Shown here: positions 36,440 through 48,385 of the stretch, one piece after another
Numbering within the stretch: position 1 is the stretch's first letter
How the letters are laid out: every line of letters begins with the position of its first letter
Assembly (NCBI RefSeq): GCF_963921235.1
Contig: NC_086108.1
Span: forward strand, 99,016,001-99,080,000
Length of the DNA stretch: 64,000 nt
DNA from: Mobula hypostoma
Lineage: Eukaryota
Direction: 5' to 3'
Program-made: the position numbers and the translations under genes
Notes under the pieces: generated by a model
The model's database searches: none
What the model saw: the letters and a program-made list of their open reading frames with translations, nothing else
What the model was told of the DNA's origin: nothing

Positions 36440-37445
36440 AATAGTGGTGGATGCAGCCCAGTCCATCACAGGCAAAGTCCTCCCCACCACTGAGCACATC
36501 TGCAAACGGCACTGCCACAATAAAGCAGCATCCATCATCAAGGATTCCCACCATCCGGGCCGTGCGTTCTTCTCACTGCTGCCCCTGGGAAGGAGGAACA
36601 GGAGCTCACGTCCCACCAGGCTCAGGAACGGTTATTACTCTTCAACCACGAGGCTCCTGAGCCAATGCGGATAACTTGACTCAGCTCAACACCGAAATGA
36701 TTTCACAAACTATGGACTAATGTAATATGAAGGGTTAGTATACTGGTCAGCGGAAAGCTGCTTCTACTATGTCAGTCATTGAAGATTGCAGCACTTTCCC
36801 ATTGGTTGCCTTGTGCGCCACAGCACCAGTGTCTGGTTTCAGGCATCTCAGGGGCTTTCCCTTGTTTCCAGGTACTCATCGTCACACCGAGATCACGACC
36901 AGTGCTGAAGAACCACTGGGAACGTGTGCCCATGCACACACTTAGTTAAATATCTATTTGTTGAATGTTTAATTTTGTAATTGTGTAACTTGGGGAGACT
37001 TAATGAGGTACCTATTGAATTTGAAGTGTTACTGAATGCTTCGTATTGTAGTTTTTGTAACTTAGGGTGGGTTAGATGTTTGGTTGAACATTTTACTGTC
37101 TGCCTAAGTAACTGATTAATGTGCTTATTCGTAATCAGTGTCTTCTGTTGTAATTCCCAAATCCGTGAACCTGCTTCCTTGTATCAACCAACATTCAAGG
37201 ACTCTACAACACATGCTCTCAGTTTTATCTATCTATCTATTTATCTATCAATTTATCTATTTATTTATTCATTCATTTATCTATTTTTGCACATTTGTCT
37301 TCTATTGCACACTGGTTAACATTGTGTGTGTGTAGTTTTTCATTGATTTTATTGTATTTCTTGCAGGCATACTGTGAATGCCTGCAAAAAAATGAATCTC
37401 AAAGTAGCACACGTACTTTAATAATAAACTTTTGGCTTTGAACTT
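36440..37445 (+). mobile_element. Rex1/Babar 3' end carrying an LTR-like insertion
   Basis: KAASIIKDSHHPG..FSLLPLGRR; 3' UTR resumes at 37192; TTTGAACTTTG tail. Confidence 0.8.
36721..37186. mobile_element. Probable solo LTR (466 bp)
   Basis: Begins TGTAAT, ends GTATCA; flanks ACTAA/ACCAA; removing it restores the Rex1 UTR motif TATGGACT..TTCAAGGACTCT. Confidence 0.6.
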
Positions 37446-37486
37446 TGTACTGTAACGTTCTGTGTTCTGTCTGTTGGTGAACAGAA

Positions 37487-37505
37487 GGGCCACCAGGTGG
37501 AGTGA
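37487..37505 (+). promoter_or_regulatory. CTCF-like motif (candidate)
   Basis: GGGCCACCAGGTGGAGTGA resembles the CTCF consensus; lies in unique DNA. Confidence 0.45.
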
Positions 37506-38313
37506 AACTCTCCATCTGCGAAGAGAAGTAGTCTACCGTGATTGCTGAAAGGCAAAGTGCAGCTCATGGTGTCTGTTACAGTTAGACACAGGACAAGGAA
37601 TCAAGTGCAGTTCACTTTGTTTGACAAATTAAATTGAGAAGCAGCCACACAGATGCAGCAGAACGCTGGAGAAGGTAAAACCAGTGAGATTTTTCTTATC
37701 ACAGTTTAAATATATCACATAAATTTGCACGAGGGTAACCTTAAGAACTTTTCAAATACTCTGGTGTAAGTAGGTAAGCAAATCAATTGTTTAACTATAA
37801 CTTACAATATAAATAGTTTTTTTAACATGCAGTTAAATTAATTGCTATTTGTTGAATACTAGGTAACTACAAGTGCAATCTAGAGCCAATTGTCTACTCT
37901 AACTAACATCTTTTTTAAATAAATCTGATGTGTTTAAAATTGCAGCAATAAATAAGGTTTCACTGAGCAAAGTCATCCAAGGTACAAAATTACAAAAATC
38001 ACAATTTTCATCCATCACAGGCTGACAAGAGTAAACTCTGGCGAGAGTGAGCATTCCTGACTGCTTTGCTAATTTATTAATATTCACGACTCAGTTTAAT
38101 GGTTGGGGTTTGTCCAGGGGTGGCAGACAGATTTGCTTTGCAATAAACTCAAGATGGTTTGTCATAGTGGGGAAAAAAGGAAGACTTGTGTCTCGATAGC
38201 ACCTACCTCATCCTCAGCAGGTACAAACACTTTGCAGGCAGTCCAGTTCCTCTGAAATGTAAATTATTTCTTCTGTTTAAGAAACACATCAGCCAATTTG
38301 ACTATAAGACATA

Positions 38314-41300
38314 GGGTGGTGCTAGAAAGTTTGCGAACCCTATAGAATTTTCTCTATTTCTGCATAAATATGACCTAGAATGTGATCAGATCTTCACCTA
38401 AGTCCTAAAACTAGAGAAAGAGAACCCAATTAAATGAATAACACAAAAAGCATTATCCTTGTTCATTTGGTAGGTACTCAGGATGTGCGCGGCACAACTG
38501 GCTGGTGTGTTTACAGACATTTTTAATTTTTAATCTCTCCCTCTCCCAGTGTAGAGTGACCTCTTGCTTCAAAACACCCACTATTGTTCCGGTACCTAAA
38601 AATACCATGTCTGAATGACTGGCGTCCTGTTGCACTTACCTCAATAATAAGCAAATGCTTTGAGAGGCTGGTCAAGGACTATATCTGCAGCATGTTGCCA
38701 CCCACACTGGACCCCCTACAATTCACCTACCGACACAACTGATCGACAGATGACGTGATAGCCACAGCTCTACACGTCGTCCTTAAACATCTGGAGAAGA
38801 GGGATGCTTATATGAGAATGCTGTTCTTGGACTACAGTTCAGTTTTCAACACCATAATTCACTCCAGGCTTGATAAGAAGCTCAGAGACCGCGGCCTTCA
38901 CCCTGCTTTGTGCAGCTGGTTCCTGGACTTCCTGTCAGATCGCCGGCAGGTGGTAAGTGTGGGCTCCCTCACCTCTGCCCCTCAACACAGGAGCCCCTCA
39001 GCCCTGTGTACTAAGCCTCTTCCTTTGCCCCCTGTATTCCCATGACTGTGTCAGCACCCACAGCTCCAATCTGCTAATTAAATTTACTGCCAATACTACA
39101 TTGACTGGCCTTATCTCAAATAATAATGAGGCGGCCTACAGACAGGAAGTCATCACCTTGATACGGTGGTGTCAAGAAATCAACCTCTCCCTCAATGTCG
39201 CAAAAACAAAGGAGTTGGTTGTGGACTACAATGGAGACAAGCTAACCCCTATTGACATCAATGGATCTGGGATTGAGAGGGTGAACAGCTTTAAGTTCCT
39301 CGACATACACATCACCGAGGATCTCACGTAGTCTGTACATGCTGGCTGTGTGGTGAGAAAAGCACAACAGCACCTCTTTCACCTCAGGACGGTTGAAGAA
39401 GTTTGGCAAGAGTCCCCAAATCCCAAGGACTTTCTACAGGGGCACAATTGAGAGTATCCTGACTGGCTGCATTACCGCCTGGTATGGGAAACGTAATTTC
39501 CTCAATTGCAGGACTGCAGAGAGTGGTGCGGACAGCCCAGCACATCTGTGGATGTGAACTTCCCACTATTCAGGACATTTACAGAGACAGCTGCGTAAAA
39601 AGGGCCCGAAGGATCATTGGGAACCTGAGTCACTCCAACCACAAACTGTTCCAGCTGCTACCACCTGGGGAACGGTACCACAGCATTAAAGCCAAGAGCA
39701 ACATGCTCCGGGACAGTTTCTTCCGCCAGGCCATCAGTCTGATTAATTCATGCTGATACAATTGTATTTCTATGCTATATTGACTGTCCTGTTATATATA
39801 CTATTTATTTAAAATTACTGTAAATTGCACATTGCACATTTAGGCAGAGACGTAACATAAAGATTTTTACTCCTCATGTATGTGAAGAATGTAAGAAATA
39901 AAGTCAATTCAATTCATTTTATTTATTGAGAAAAATTATCCAAATTACATGTAGTTGTTGGAAAAAGTATGTGAACCTTTTTTTTCAGTAAGTGGCGTGA
40001 CCCCCTTCTACAGCAATAACTTCAACCAGATGTTTCTGGTAACTGTTGATCAGTCCTGCCCATCGGCTTGGAGGAATTTTAGGCCATTCCTCCTTACAAA
40101 ATTGCTTCAACTCTGGAATGTTGTTGGGCTTCCTTGCATGAACTGCTTGCTTCAGGTCCTTCCACAACATTTCTATAGGTTTAAAGTCAGGACTTTGACT
40201 AGGCCATTCCAAAACACAATTTTTCTTCTTTTTAAACCATTCTGTTGTTGATTTTTGGGGAACCATTCAGTTCTTGTCTTTCAGATCATTGTCTTGTTGC
40301 ATTATTCAACTTCTATTAAGCTTCAGTGATGGATGGCTACCCTGATGTTCTCCTGTAAAATGCCTTGATACAATTTTGAATTCTTTGTTCCCTCAATGAT
40401 TGCAAGCTATCTAGGCCCTGCGGCAACAAAGTAGCCCCAAACCATGATGCTCCTTCCACCATGCTTCACAGTTGGGGTGAGGTTTTGGTGTTGATGTGCA
40501 TTTCCCCTTTCCCTCCAAACGTAACAATACGCATTTCTGCCAAAAAATTCAATTTTTGTCTCAGCTGTCCATAGGACATTGTCCCAGAAGCATTATAGAA
40601 CATCCAGGTGATCTTTTGCAAATGTGAGATGCGCAGTAATTTTTTTTTGGAGAGCAGTGGTTTCCTCCATGGTGTCCGTCCATGTGTTTTTCTTATAGTG
40701 GACACATGAACAGAGACTTTAGCAAGTTCTAGAGATTTCTTCAGGTCTTTTTCTGTTACCCTTGGGTACTTTATCACCTCCTTCAGCATTGCACATCGTG
40801 CCCTTAGTGTGATCTTTGCAGTATGCCCACTCTTAGGGAGAGTTTCCTCCATTTGGAGGCAATTTCTCTTACTGTGGAATGATCAACACTCAAGTCCTTA
40901 GAAATGCTTTTATAGCCTTTGCCAGCTTCATGCATCTCTACAATTCTTCTTCTAAGGTCCTCTGAACGTTGTTTTGATCAAGACATGATGCACATAAACA
41001 GATCTTTCCTGAGAAGGTCAGGCTCTGTCAGTAATCTGACTTTGTGTGTGTTTTTTTAATATAGGGCAGGGCACCTCTACGACCCACACCTCCAATCTTG
41101 TCTCATTGATTGGAACAACTGACTCCAAATAGCTTTTGTAGAAGACATTACCTCAGAGGTTCACATACTTTTCCAACAAATACATGTCATATTGGATCAT
41201 TTTTCTCAATAAATAAATGGACAATTATAATGTTTTTTGTGTTATTTATTTAATTGGGTTCTGTTTATCTAGTTTTAGGACTTACATGAAGGTCTGAATA

Positions 41301-41369
41301 CATTTTAGGTTATATTTATGCAGAAACATAGAAAATTCTACAGGGCTTGCAAATTTTCTAGCACCACTG
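38314..41369 (-). mobile_element. Tc1 transposon (long TIRs, decayed transposase) with nested Rex1
   Basis: Long TIRs (GG)GTGGTGCTAGAAAGTTTG / CAAATTTTCTAGCACCACTG, TA on both sides; LEWPSQSPDFKPIEMLW and RKPLLSKK motifs; inserted in CR1 tail ATAAGACATA|GGAGCAGAATTAGGCC. Confidence 0.9.
38469..39915 (+). mobile_element. Rex1/Babar RT-containing 3' fragment inside the Tc1 left TIR
   Basis: [68 protein letters not shown] tail. Confidence 0.9.
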
Positions 41370-41371
41370 TA

Positions 41372-41735
41372 GGAGCAGAATTAGGCCATTCAGCACATCG
41401 AGACTGCTCTGCAATTCCATTTATTATCCCTCTCATCCCCATTCTCCTGTCTTCTCTGTGTATCCTTTGCCACCCTTACTAATCAAGAACCTATCAACCT
41501 CTGCTTTAAGTATACCCAATGACTCGGTCTCCACAGCCATCTGTGGCAATGAATTCCCCTCTGACTAAAGAAATTCCTCCTCATCTCTGTTTTAAAGGGA
41601 GATCCTTGAGGCTGTGTCCCCTGGTCCTAGACTCCCCCACTATTGGAAACATCCTCTCCCACATCCATTCTATCTAGGCCTATCTGATAAATTTCAATGA
41701 GATCCCCTGTTATTCTTCTAGACAGTAGCAAGTAC
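41372..41735 (-). mobile_element. CR1 3' fragment (host of the Tc1)
   Basis: GGAGCAGAATTAGGCCATTC UTR complement; RITGDLIEIY. Confidence 0.8.
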
Positions 41736-41739
41736 AGTA

Positions 41740-42190
41740 CAGCCTTACAACCATCATATGCTCCTTGTGAGTCTGCTGGAAATACTTTATGGTATTTGTT
41801 AAGTATGACCTGAAATCCCAGGAACAATACCACCAAAGATCCTTTTGAAAGATTATGAAGGTCATGTGGAAGGACAGACTCACTAACACCAGCGTAATGG
41901 AGTAGGCCAACATGAACAGCATCTCCACCACGATGAAGCAGCGCCAACTCTGATAGATAGGTGACGTCAACCGGATGCCTAACTCAAGTCTGCACTAACA
42001 GATCCCTTACTCCCAGTTGAAGGAAGGTCAGTGAGACCCTGGTTGTCAAAGTAAGTGGTAACATCAAAGATAACATTGAAATTAGCCTGAAGAAATTCCA
42101 TGTTACATTTAAAAACTGGGAAGACATCGCACTCAATAGATACACATGGAGGAAATCTGTTTGAGGGAGCTGTGCTACATGAGGACGGCC
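41740..42190 (+). mobile_element. RTE-clade LINE ORF C-terminal remnant
   Basis: EQYHQRSF*KIMKVMWKDRLTNTSVME..RQL..RMP..QIPYSQLKEG..WEDIALNRYTWR. Confidence 0.75.
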
Positions 42191-42199
42191 TCTCCTAGG

Positions 42200-42490
42200 A
42201 TCTCCTCAGATCTTCATGCACAATAATCAATAGAGTTTATAGAGAATGGTGCGAAAAGCAAAATAATTGGTGAGTGGCAGATCTGTGGGTGAAAATGCCT
42301 AGATAATGAAAGAAGAGAGAGGAGAATGGCCAGACAGCTCAAGCTGACAAGAAAGTGGTAGTAACTCAAATAACTATTGGCATGCAGAAGAGCATCTCTG
42401 AATGCACAACACATCGAACCTTGAAGTGGATAGGCTACAGCAGCAGAAGACCACAAACGTACACTCAGTGTTCACTTTATTAGGTACAGG
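42200..42490 (+). mobile_element. Tc1-like fragment (same family as 31588-32125)
   Basis: AGAGTTTATAGAGAATGGTGCGAAAA...ACACTCAGTGTTCACTTTATTAGGTAC. Confidence 0.75.
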
Positions 42491-43351
42491 AGTTACGGGA
42501 GGACATACATTAATCTTTCCTATCCACACTGCCTAGAGTACTTGCTCCTCTCTGTATTTCCTGGCAATACCTTCTTCAATCTTTGTTTCCTAATCTCTTC
42601 ATGCTCTATCTGTTAATGAAACACTCTCCCTCACTAGACTCTTTCAGATCTGATTATTGTCTGTCACTTGTTTGAGCCCCTTTACCCCTCTGGACCTTTT
42701 TCAGTTGCCAAGGCACTAAACTCTGAATTTCCTCTGTGAAGTAAGTTATGACCATATTATGCGGATGTCAAAGGCATGCCTCCAGGGCATCACTGGGTAT
42801 GTGGGTTGTTAACATAAATAACACATTTCACTGGATGTTTCAATGTGGATGTGATAACTAAACTTGAATCTTGACAGTCATTTCCATTATTGTTTACCCA
42901 ATTTTCCAGCACACTCAATGCAGAAAATCAGCAGAAATTGCCGAGAGTTGATGCAGCTTCACCAATCTTCTGTCTAAAGCTGCAGAGATTAGTAGATGCT
43001 GCCCAATCCATCACAGGCACATCCCTCCTCACCACTGGTAGTCTCTACTGAAAATGCTGTCTCAAGAAGGCAACAACCATCATTAAAGATCCCCACCACC
43101 TCGGGCATGCCATCCTCTCACAGCAGGAGGTACAGAATCCTGAAGTCCCACACCACCAGGTTCAAGAACAGTTACATCCCTTCAAACATTCTGTTCTTGA
43201 ACCAACAGAGAAATCCCTAATCACTGGAGTTTAGCAACACTATGAAACTTTGTTCATGCTGTTCTAAATTGGAGTTTGTTTTTTTCCCATTCTCATTGTG
43301 TTATTTTTTTATAAAGTGTGCTTATGTTGACTTTGTGAATGCCCTGTGCAA

Positions 43352-44165
43352 ATAGATAGATAGATATACTTTATTAATCCCGAGGGAAATTTGGCTTCGT
43401 TTCAGCTGCACCAACCAAGAATAGAGCGTAAATATAGCGATACAAGAAACCCCAACAGTCAAACATCAAAAAGCAAACTATGCCAGATGGAAAATAAGTC
43501 CAGGACCAGTCTATTGGCTGAGGGTGTCTGACCCTCCACGGGAGGAGCTGCACGTTCGATGGCCACAGGCAGGAACGACCTCCTGTGCCGCCAAGTGTTG
43601 TATCACGGTGGAATGTGGCCGAAGTCCAACAGTAAAAAGTTCAATATCCAGTCTGCAAACACGTTCCTCGATCGTAATATACCCCGGATTGTACCATCTG
43701 TTGTTAGCTAGAACAGTAAGCACCCAACTCCTTTACGCTTACCGCTCTCAGTGCACTTCCGGTCAGCCGGAACGGTATTACCCACCGAACTCCTCTTCTC
43801 CAAAAGTCTCTGTTGTCTCTACCTGATCCTCTTCCCTTGGCATTGTGATCCCCCTCTGTGTGTTTTCCTCCGGATTTCAGAAGGGGTGTCCACCGCTCTG
43901 TTCGCTAAGCCGGCCGGTCTTTGCTGGTCCGTGAAATACACAATGCGACCTTGCTTCTGTCCCGCGTGTCGGGATGTAACCATTTCCAGCGCTAAAGAAA
44001 ACCCAAATAAAACACTCTCTACCAGCATGTTAGAGATGGTGCAGCTTCGACGTGTTACCGTGAGAAAAAAAAATGCAAAAAATAACGTAAATTAAAAAGT
44101 AAGAAGAAGAAAGTAAGAATAGACCGGAACGGCTGTACCAGGCTGCATGCACGACCGGCCCACGC
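43352..44165 (-). mobile_element. Non-autonomous Rex1/Babar deletion derivative (copy A)
   Basis: (TATC)n tail; N-terminal RRKTHRGG; endonuclease fragment (NNRWY..DIELFTVGLRP) fused to terminal RRSFLPVAI. Confidence 0.75.
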
Positions 44166-44204
44166 GCACGTATGCTGCTGCATGTTCTTCATTGCACCTG
44201 AGCA

Positions 44205-45305
44205 AAATTCAAGGTAAATTTATACCAAAATACATATATGTCACCATATACTACTTTGAACTTAATTTTCTTGTGGGCACACTCAATAAAAACATAATAG
44301 AATGATAACCATAATCAGTGAAAGACTGCACCAACCTGGGCATTCAACCAGTGTGCAAAGACAACTAGATAAACTGTGCAAATACAAAAAGAAAGAAATA
44401 ATAATAATAAATAAATGAGCAATACATATCGAGAACATGAGATGACAAGCCCTTGAAAGTGAGTCTATAGGTTATGGGAACAGTTCAGTGATAGGGCAAG
44501 TGAAGTTATCCCCTCTGGTTCAAGAGTCTGATGGTTGAGGTGTAAAGACTGCTCCTGAACCTGGTGGTGTAAGTCCTGAGGCTCCTGTACCTTCTTGCTG
44601 ATGGCAACAGCGAGAAGAAAGCATGACTTGGATGGTGGGTGTCCCTGATGATGGATGCTGCTTTCCTGCAACAATGCTCCATGTAGATGTGCTCAGTGGT
44701 GGGGATTTACCCATGAAGGACTGGGCCGTGTCCACTGCTTTTTGTAGGATTTTCCATTCAAGGGCATTGGCGTTTCCATACCCGGCTGTGATGCTGCTGG
44801 TCAGTGTACTCTCTACCACACATCCATAGAAGTTTGTCAAAGTTTTAGATGTCATGCTGAATATCTGCAAGCTCACGTGCCATTGATAATAAACCTGATT
44901 CTGATTCCTAAGGCAGTAGAGATGCTGCTGTGCTTTCTTTGTAACTGCATTGGACAGGTCCTCTGAATGATACCACTGAGGAATTTTAAGCTGACCCTCT
45001 CCACCTCTGATCCCCTGATGAGGACTGGCTCGTGGACCTCTGCTTTCCTCCCCTTGAAGTCAATAATCAGCTCCTTGATCTTGCTAACATTGAGTAAGAA
45101 GTTGTTGTTGTGACGACAGATTTTCAATTTCTCTCCTACGTGCTGATTCGTAACCATCTTTGATTTGGCCTATGACAGTGGTGTCATCAGCAAACTTGAA
45201 TATGGCATTGAAGCTGTTCTTAGCCACACAGTCATAACTATAAAGTGAGTAGAGCAGGAGGCTAAGCACAGAGTCTTGTGGTGTACCTGTGCTGATAGAG
45301 ATTGT
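44205..45305 (-). mobile_element. Rex1/Babar 3' fragment
   Basis: IFKFADDTTVIG, LNVSKIKELIIDF, TLTNFYGCVVES. Confidence 0.87.
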
Positions 45306-45834
45306 GCAAACATGTATTTGTGCAAAGAACAGTAAACCTTAAACTCTTACCTTAATGTTACAATACGAGTCCCTCTCCCCCTCCATGAAATTGTACTTGT
45401 TCTTACTTGTAGATGGAAAAGACTTAGTGGGTTATACAGAAACATGGAAACCCATTATAACTGTCTTTGCTGACTTGCTGTGACTCCCAGATTAACCATG
45501 CCTTAATTTTGAAATCCTCCTTGTTACCTCACTAAGTATCAATTTGAACTGAGCTGTTCCTGCCAATGAGTTTATGGTGAGAACATAGAACATAAAATCC
45601 AGAAGATAGAGTGTAGAATATAGAACAGTACAGGCCCTTCGGACCACAATGTTGAACTGACACTTTAACCTACTCTAAGATCAATCTAATCAGAATCATG
45701 TTTAATATTTAATCTAATCTAATATCACTGGCATTTGGTCATGGAATTTGTTGTTTTATAGTAGCTGTACATTGCAATACATAATAAAAGCTATAAATTA
45801 CAATTATATATACATGTATACATACACACACATA

Positions 45835-46806
45835 ACTGCTCAAGGTCTGTCTGATTGCATGAGGATCGTGAGTGAACAAGTCCAGCCACAAATCACAAAT
45901 TCTCAATTGGATTGAGGTCTAGACTCTGATTTTGCCACTCCAGGACATTAACTTTGTTGTTTTTAAGCCATTCCTAAGCTCAGTTAAGCCATTTTAGGCT
46001 CAATTTTGGTTTCATCAGACTATAGAACCTTCTTTCAGTTGACCTCAGAGTCTCCCACATACCTTCTAGCAAACTCTATCCAAGATTTAACGTGAGTTTT
46101 TTTTTCCAATAGTGGCTTTCTCTTTGCCACTCTCCCATAAAGCAGCGAACAGCTGTTAATTACGCAGTCCCTCCCATCTCAGCCACTGAAGCTTGTAACA
46201 CCTCCAGAGCTGTCATAGGTCTCTTGGTGGCTTCTCTCACTAATCCCCTTCTTGCACGGTCACTCAGTTTTTGAGGACAGCCTGCTCTAGGCAGATTTAC
46301 AGCTGTGCCATATTCTTTCCATTTCTTGATGATTGACTTAACTGTACTCCAAGGGATTTTGAGTGACTTGGAAATTTTCTTGTATCCATCTCCTGACTTG
46401 TGCTTTTCAATAACCTTTTCACAGAGTTGCTTGGAGTGTTCTTTTGTCTTCATCATGTAGTTTTTGCCAGGATACTGACTCACAGCAGTTGGACCTTCCA
46501 GATACAGGTGTATTTTACTACCATCAATTGAAACACCTCAACAGCACACAGTGATCTCCATTTAACTAATTATGTGACTTCTAAAACCAGCAGGCTGCCC
46601 CAGTGATGATTTGATGTGTCATATTAAAGGGGGTGAATACTTATGCAATCAATTATTTTACATTTTATATTTGGAATTGATTTAGATCACTTTGTAGAGA
46701 TCTGTTTTCACTTTGATTGTCTCAAAACAGCCAAATTAAATCCACTGTGATTTAATGTTGTAAAACAATAAAACATGAAAATGTCTGGTGGGGGGAGGGG
46801 TGAATA
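45835..46806 (-). mobile_element. Internally deleted Tc1 transposon
   Basis: MKTKEHSKQL..GDGYKKISKSLKIPWSTVKSIIKKWKEYG..RAGCPQKLS HTH (46160-46456); LEWQNQSLDLNPIEN remnant; GGGGGTGAATAC repeats. Confidence 0.85.
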
Positions 46807-47489
46807 TGTATGTAGTGCAAAAATAGAGCAAAAAGAAACAAGAAGATATTGAGGTAGTGTACATAGATTCATTGTCCATTCAGAAATCCTCCAGTGGAGA
46901 CTGTTCACCCTCCATTTTTTATCATCTGTGGGCCTATTTAGAAGTTTCTTAAATGCTCCTAATGTATCTGCCTCTATTATGACCACTGGGAGGGGTATTC
47001 CACACAACCACCAATCTTTGTGTAAAGAACTTACCTCTGGCTTCCTCCCTATGTTTTCGCCCAATCACCTTAAAATCGTGCCCTCTTAATGTAGATCAAA
47101 GGGGCATAATTTTAAAAGCGTCGATGCCCTCTTTTCATTTTCCTTTGTTCTTACTTTGTGATCTCTTTAACCAGGTAAATCGTGCCCTGGTTTTGTAAGT
47201 CACCTTGTTGTAGGCTTAAGCAGCTGTCTGTGGAACCACACTATTCTCTCGGGGAGAATACTGACATGGGCCAGGTTAAATAATTAATGATTGGATTGCG
47301 CTTAACAAAGAAATTGCAGAAGTGTTGTAAAAACATTTTCCTAAAGAGAAGCTATAATGAGGGCAGGTGCATCTTGTTACCATTTTGACCTAACGTTCCT
47401 CCGTTTTATTAGCCTCTGTTTTCCGTGACAAATCGTAAATGTACTTTCTGCCTAATCTGCGTGAGATCACAGGTTAACACTGCATTTAC

Positions 47490-47760
47490 AACATTGGACA
47501 GGTAGTCCTGAGTAGTGACATGGGATGCAGGTTCAAATCCCATTCTTAGCAGCTGGTAGACTTAAATGTACTTGGTTAATTAATAAATCTAGAATGAATA
47601 GCTGGTAGCGGGAATTGTGATCATTATTTAAATAGATTGTTGTAAAAATCCTTCTTCTGCATTAATGACATTTAGGGAAGGAAATTTGTTATCCTTGCCA
47701 ATTTGGCCTGAACAAGACCTGCACAGCAATGTGGTTCATCCTTAAATGACCTTTGATATG
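47490..47760 (+). mobile_element. Ancient tRNA-derived SINE, degenerate
   Basis: B box GGTTCAAATCCC; GATTGTTGTAAAAATCC..TTTAGGGAAGGAAAT..ACAGCAATGTGGTT body recalled from shark SINEs. Confidence 0.55.
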
Positions 47761-47979
47761 ATTTTGTGGATTCTATGGTAATATAGAATCACTTCACAGT
47801 GTCAGCAAATACTAAATGGGGTGTGATTCCCTCTGCTGTATGTAAGGAGATAGTACATTCTCTCCGTGACTCTGTGGGTTTCCTCTGGGTGCTCTGGTTT
47901 CCTTCCAGATCACAAAGACCTATGATTGGAGTTAGTAAATCGTGAGCGTGCTGTGTTGGTGCCAGGCGGTTAATATTCT

Positions 47980-48385
47980 CGCTGAAGTCTGGAAGAGTCG
48001 GTGGGGGGGGGGATCTCTTTGAAACCTATTGAATATTGAAAGGCCTAGATAGAGTGGTTGTGGAGAGGATATTTCCTATAGTGGGAGAGTCTAGAAGCAG
48101 AGGGCCTCAGAATAGAGAGATGCCCAGTTAGAACAGAGATGTGGAGGAATTTCTTTAGCCAGAGGCTGGTGAACCTGTGGAATTCATTGCTATGGACGGC
48201 TGTGAAGGCCAAGTCATTGGGTATGTTTAAAGTGGAGTTTGATAAGTTCTTGATTGGTCAGGGTGTCAAAGGTTACAGGGAGAAGGCAGGAGAATGGGGC
48301 TGAGAGAGATAATAAAGCAGCCATGATAGAATGGTGGAGCAGGTTCGATGGGCCAAATGGCCTAATTCTGCTTCTATGTCTTATG
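47980..48385 (+). mobile_element. CR1 3' fragment inside a V-SINE-like element (47820-48500)
   Basis: GAGGAATTTCTTTAGCCAGAGG..GGCCTAATTCTGCTTCTATGTCTTATGG tail. Confidence 0.8.
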
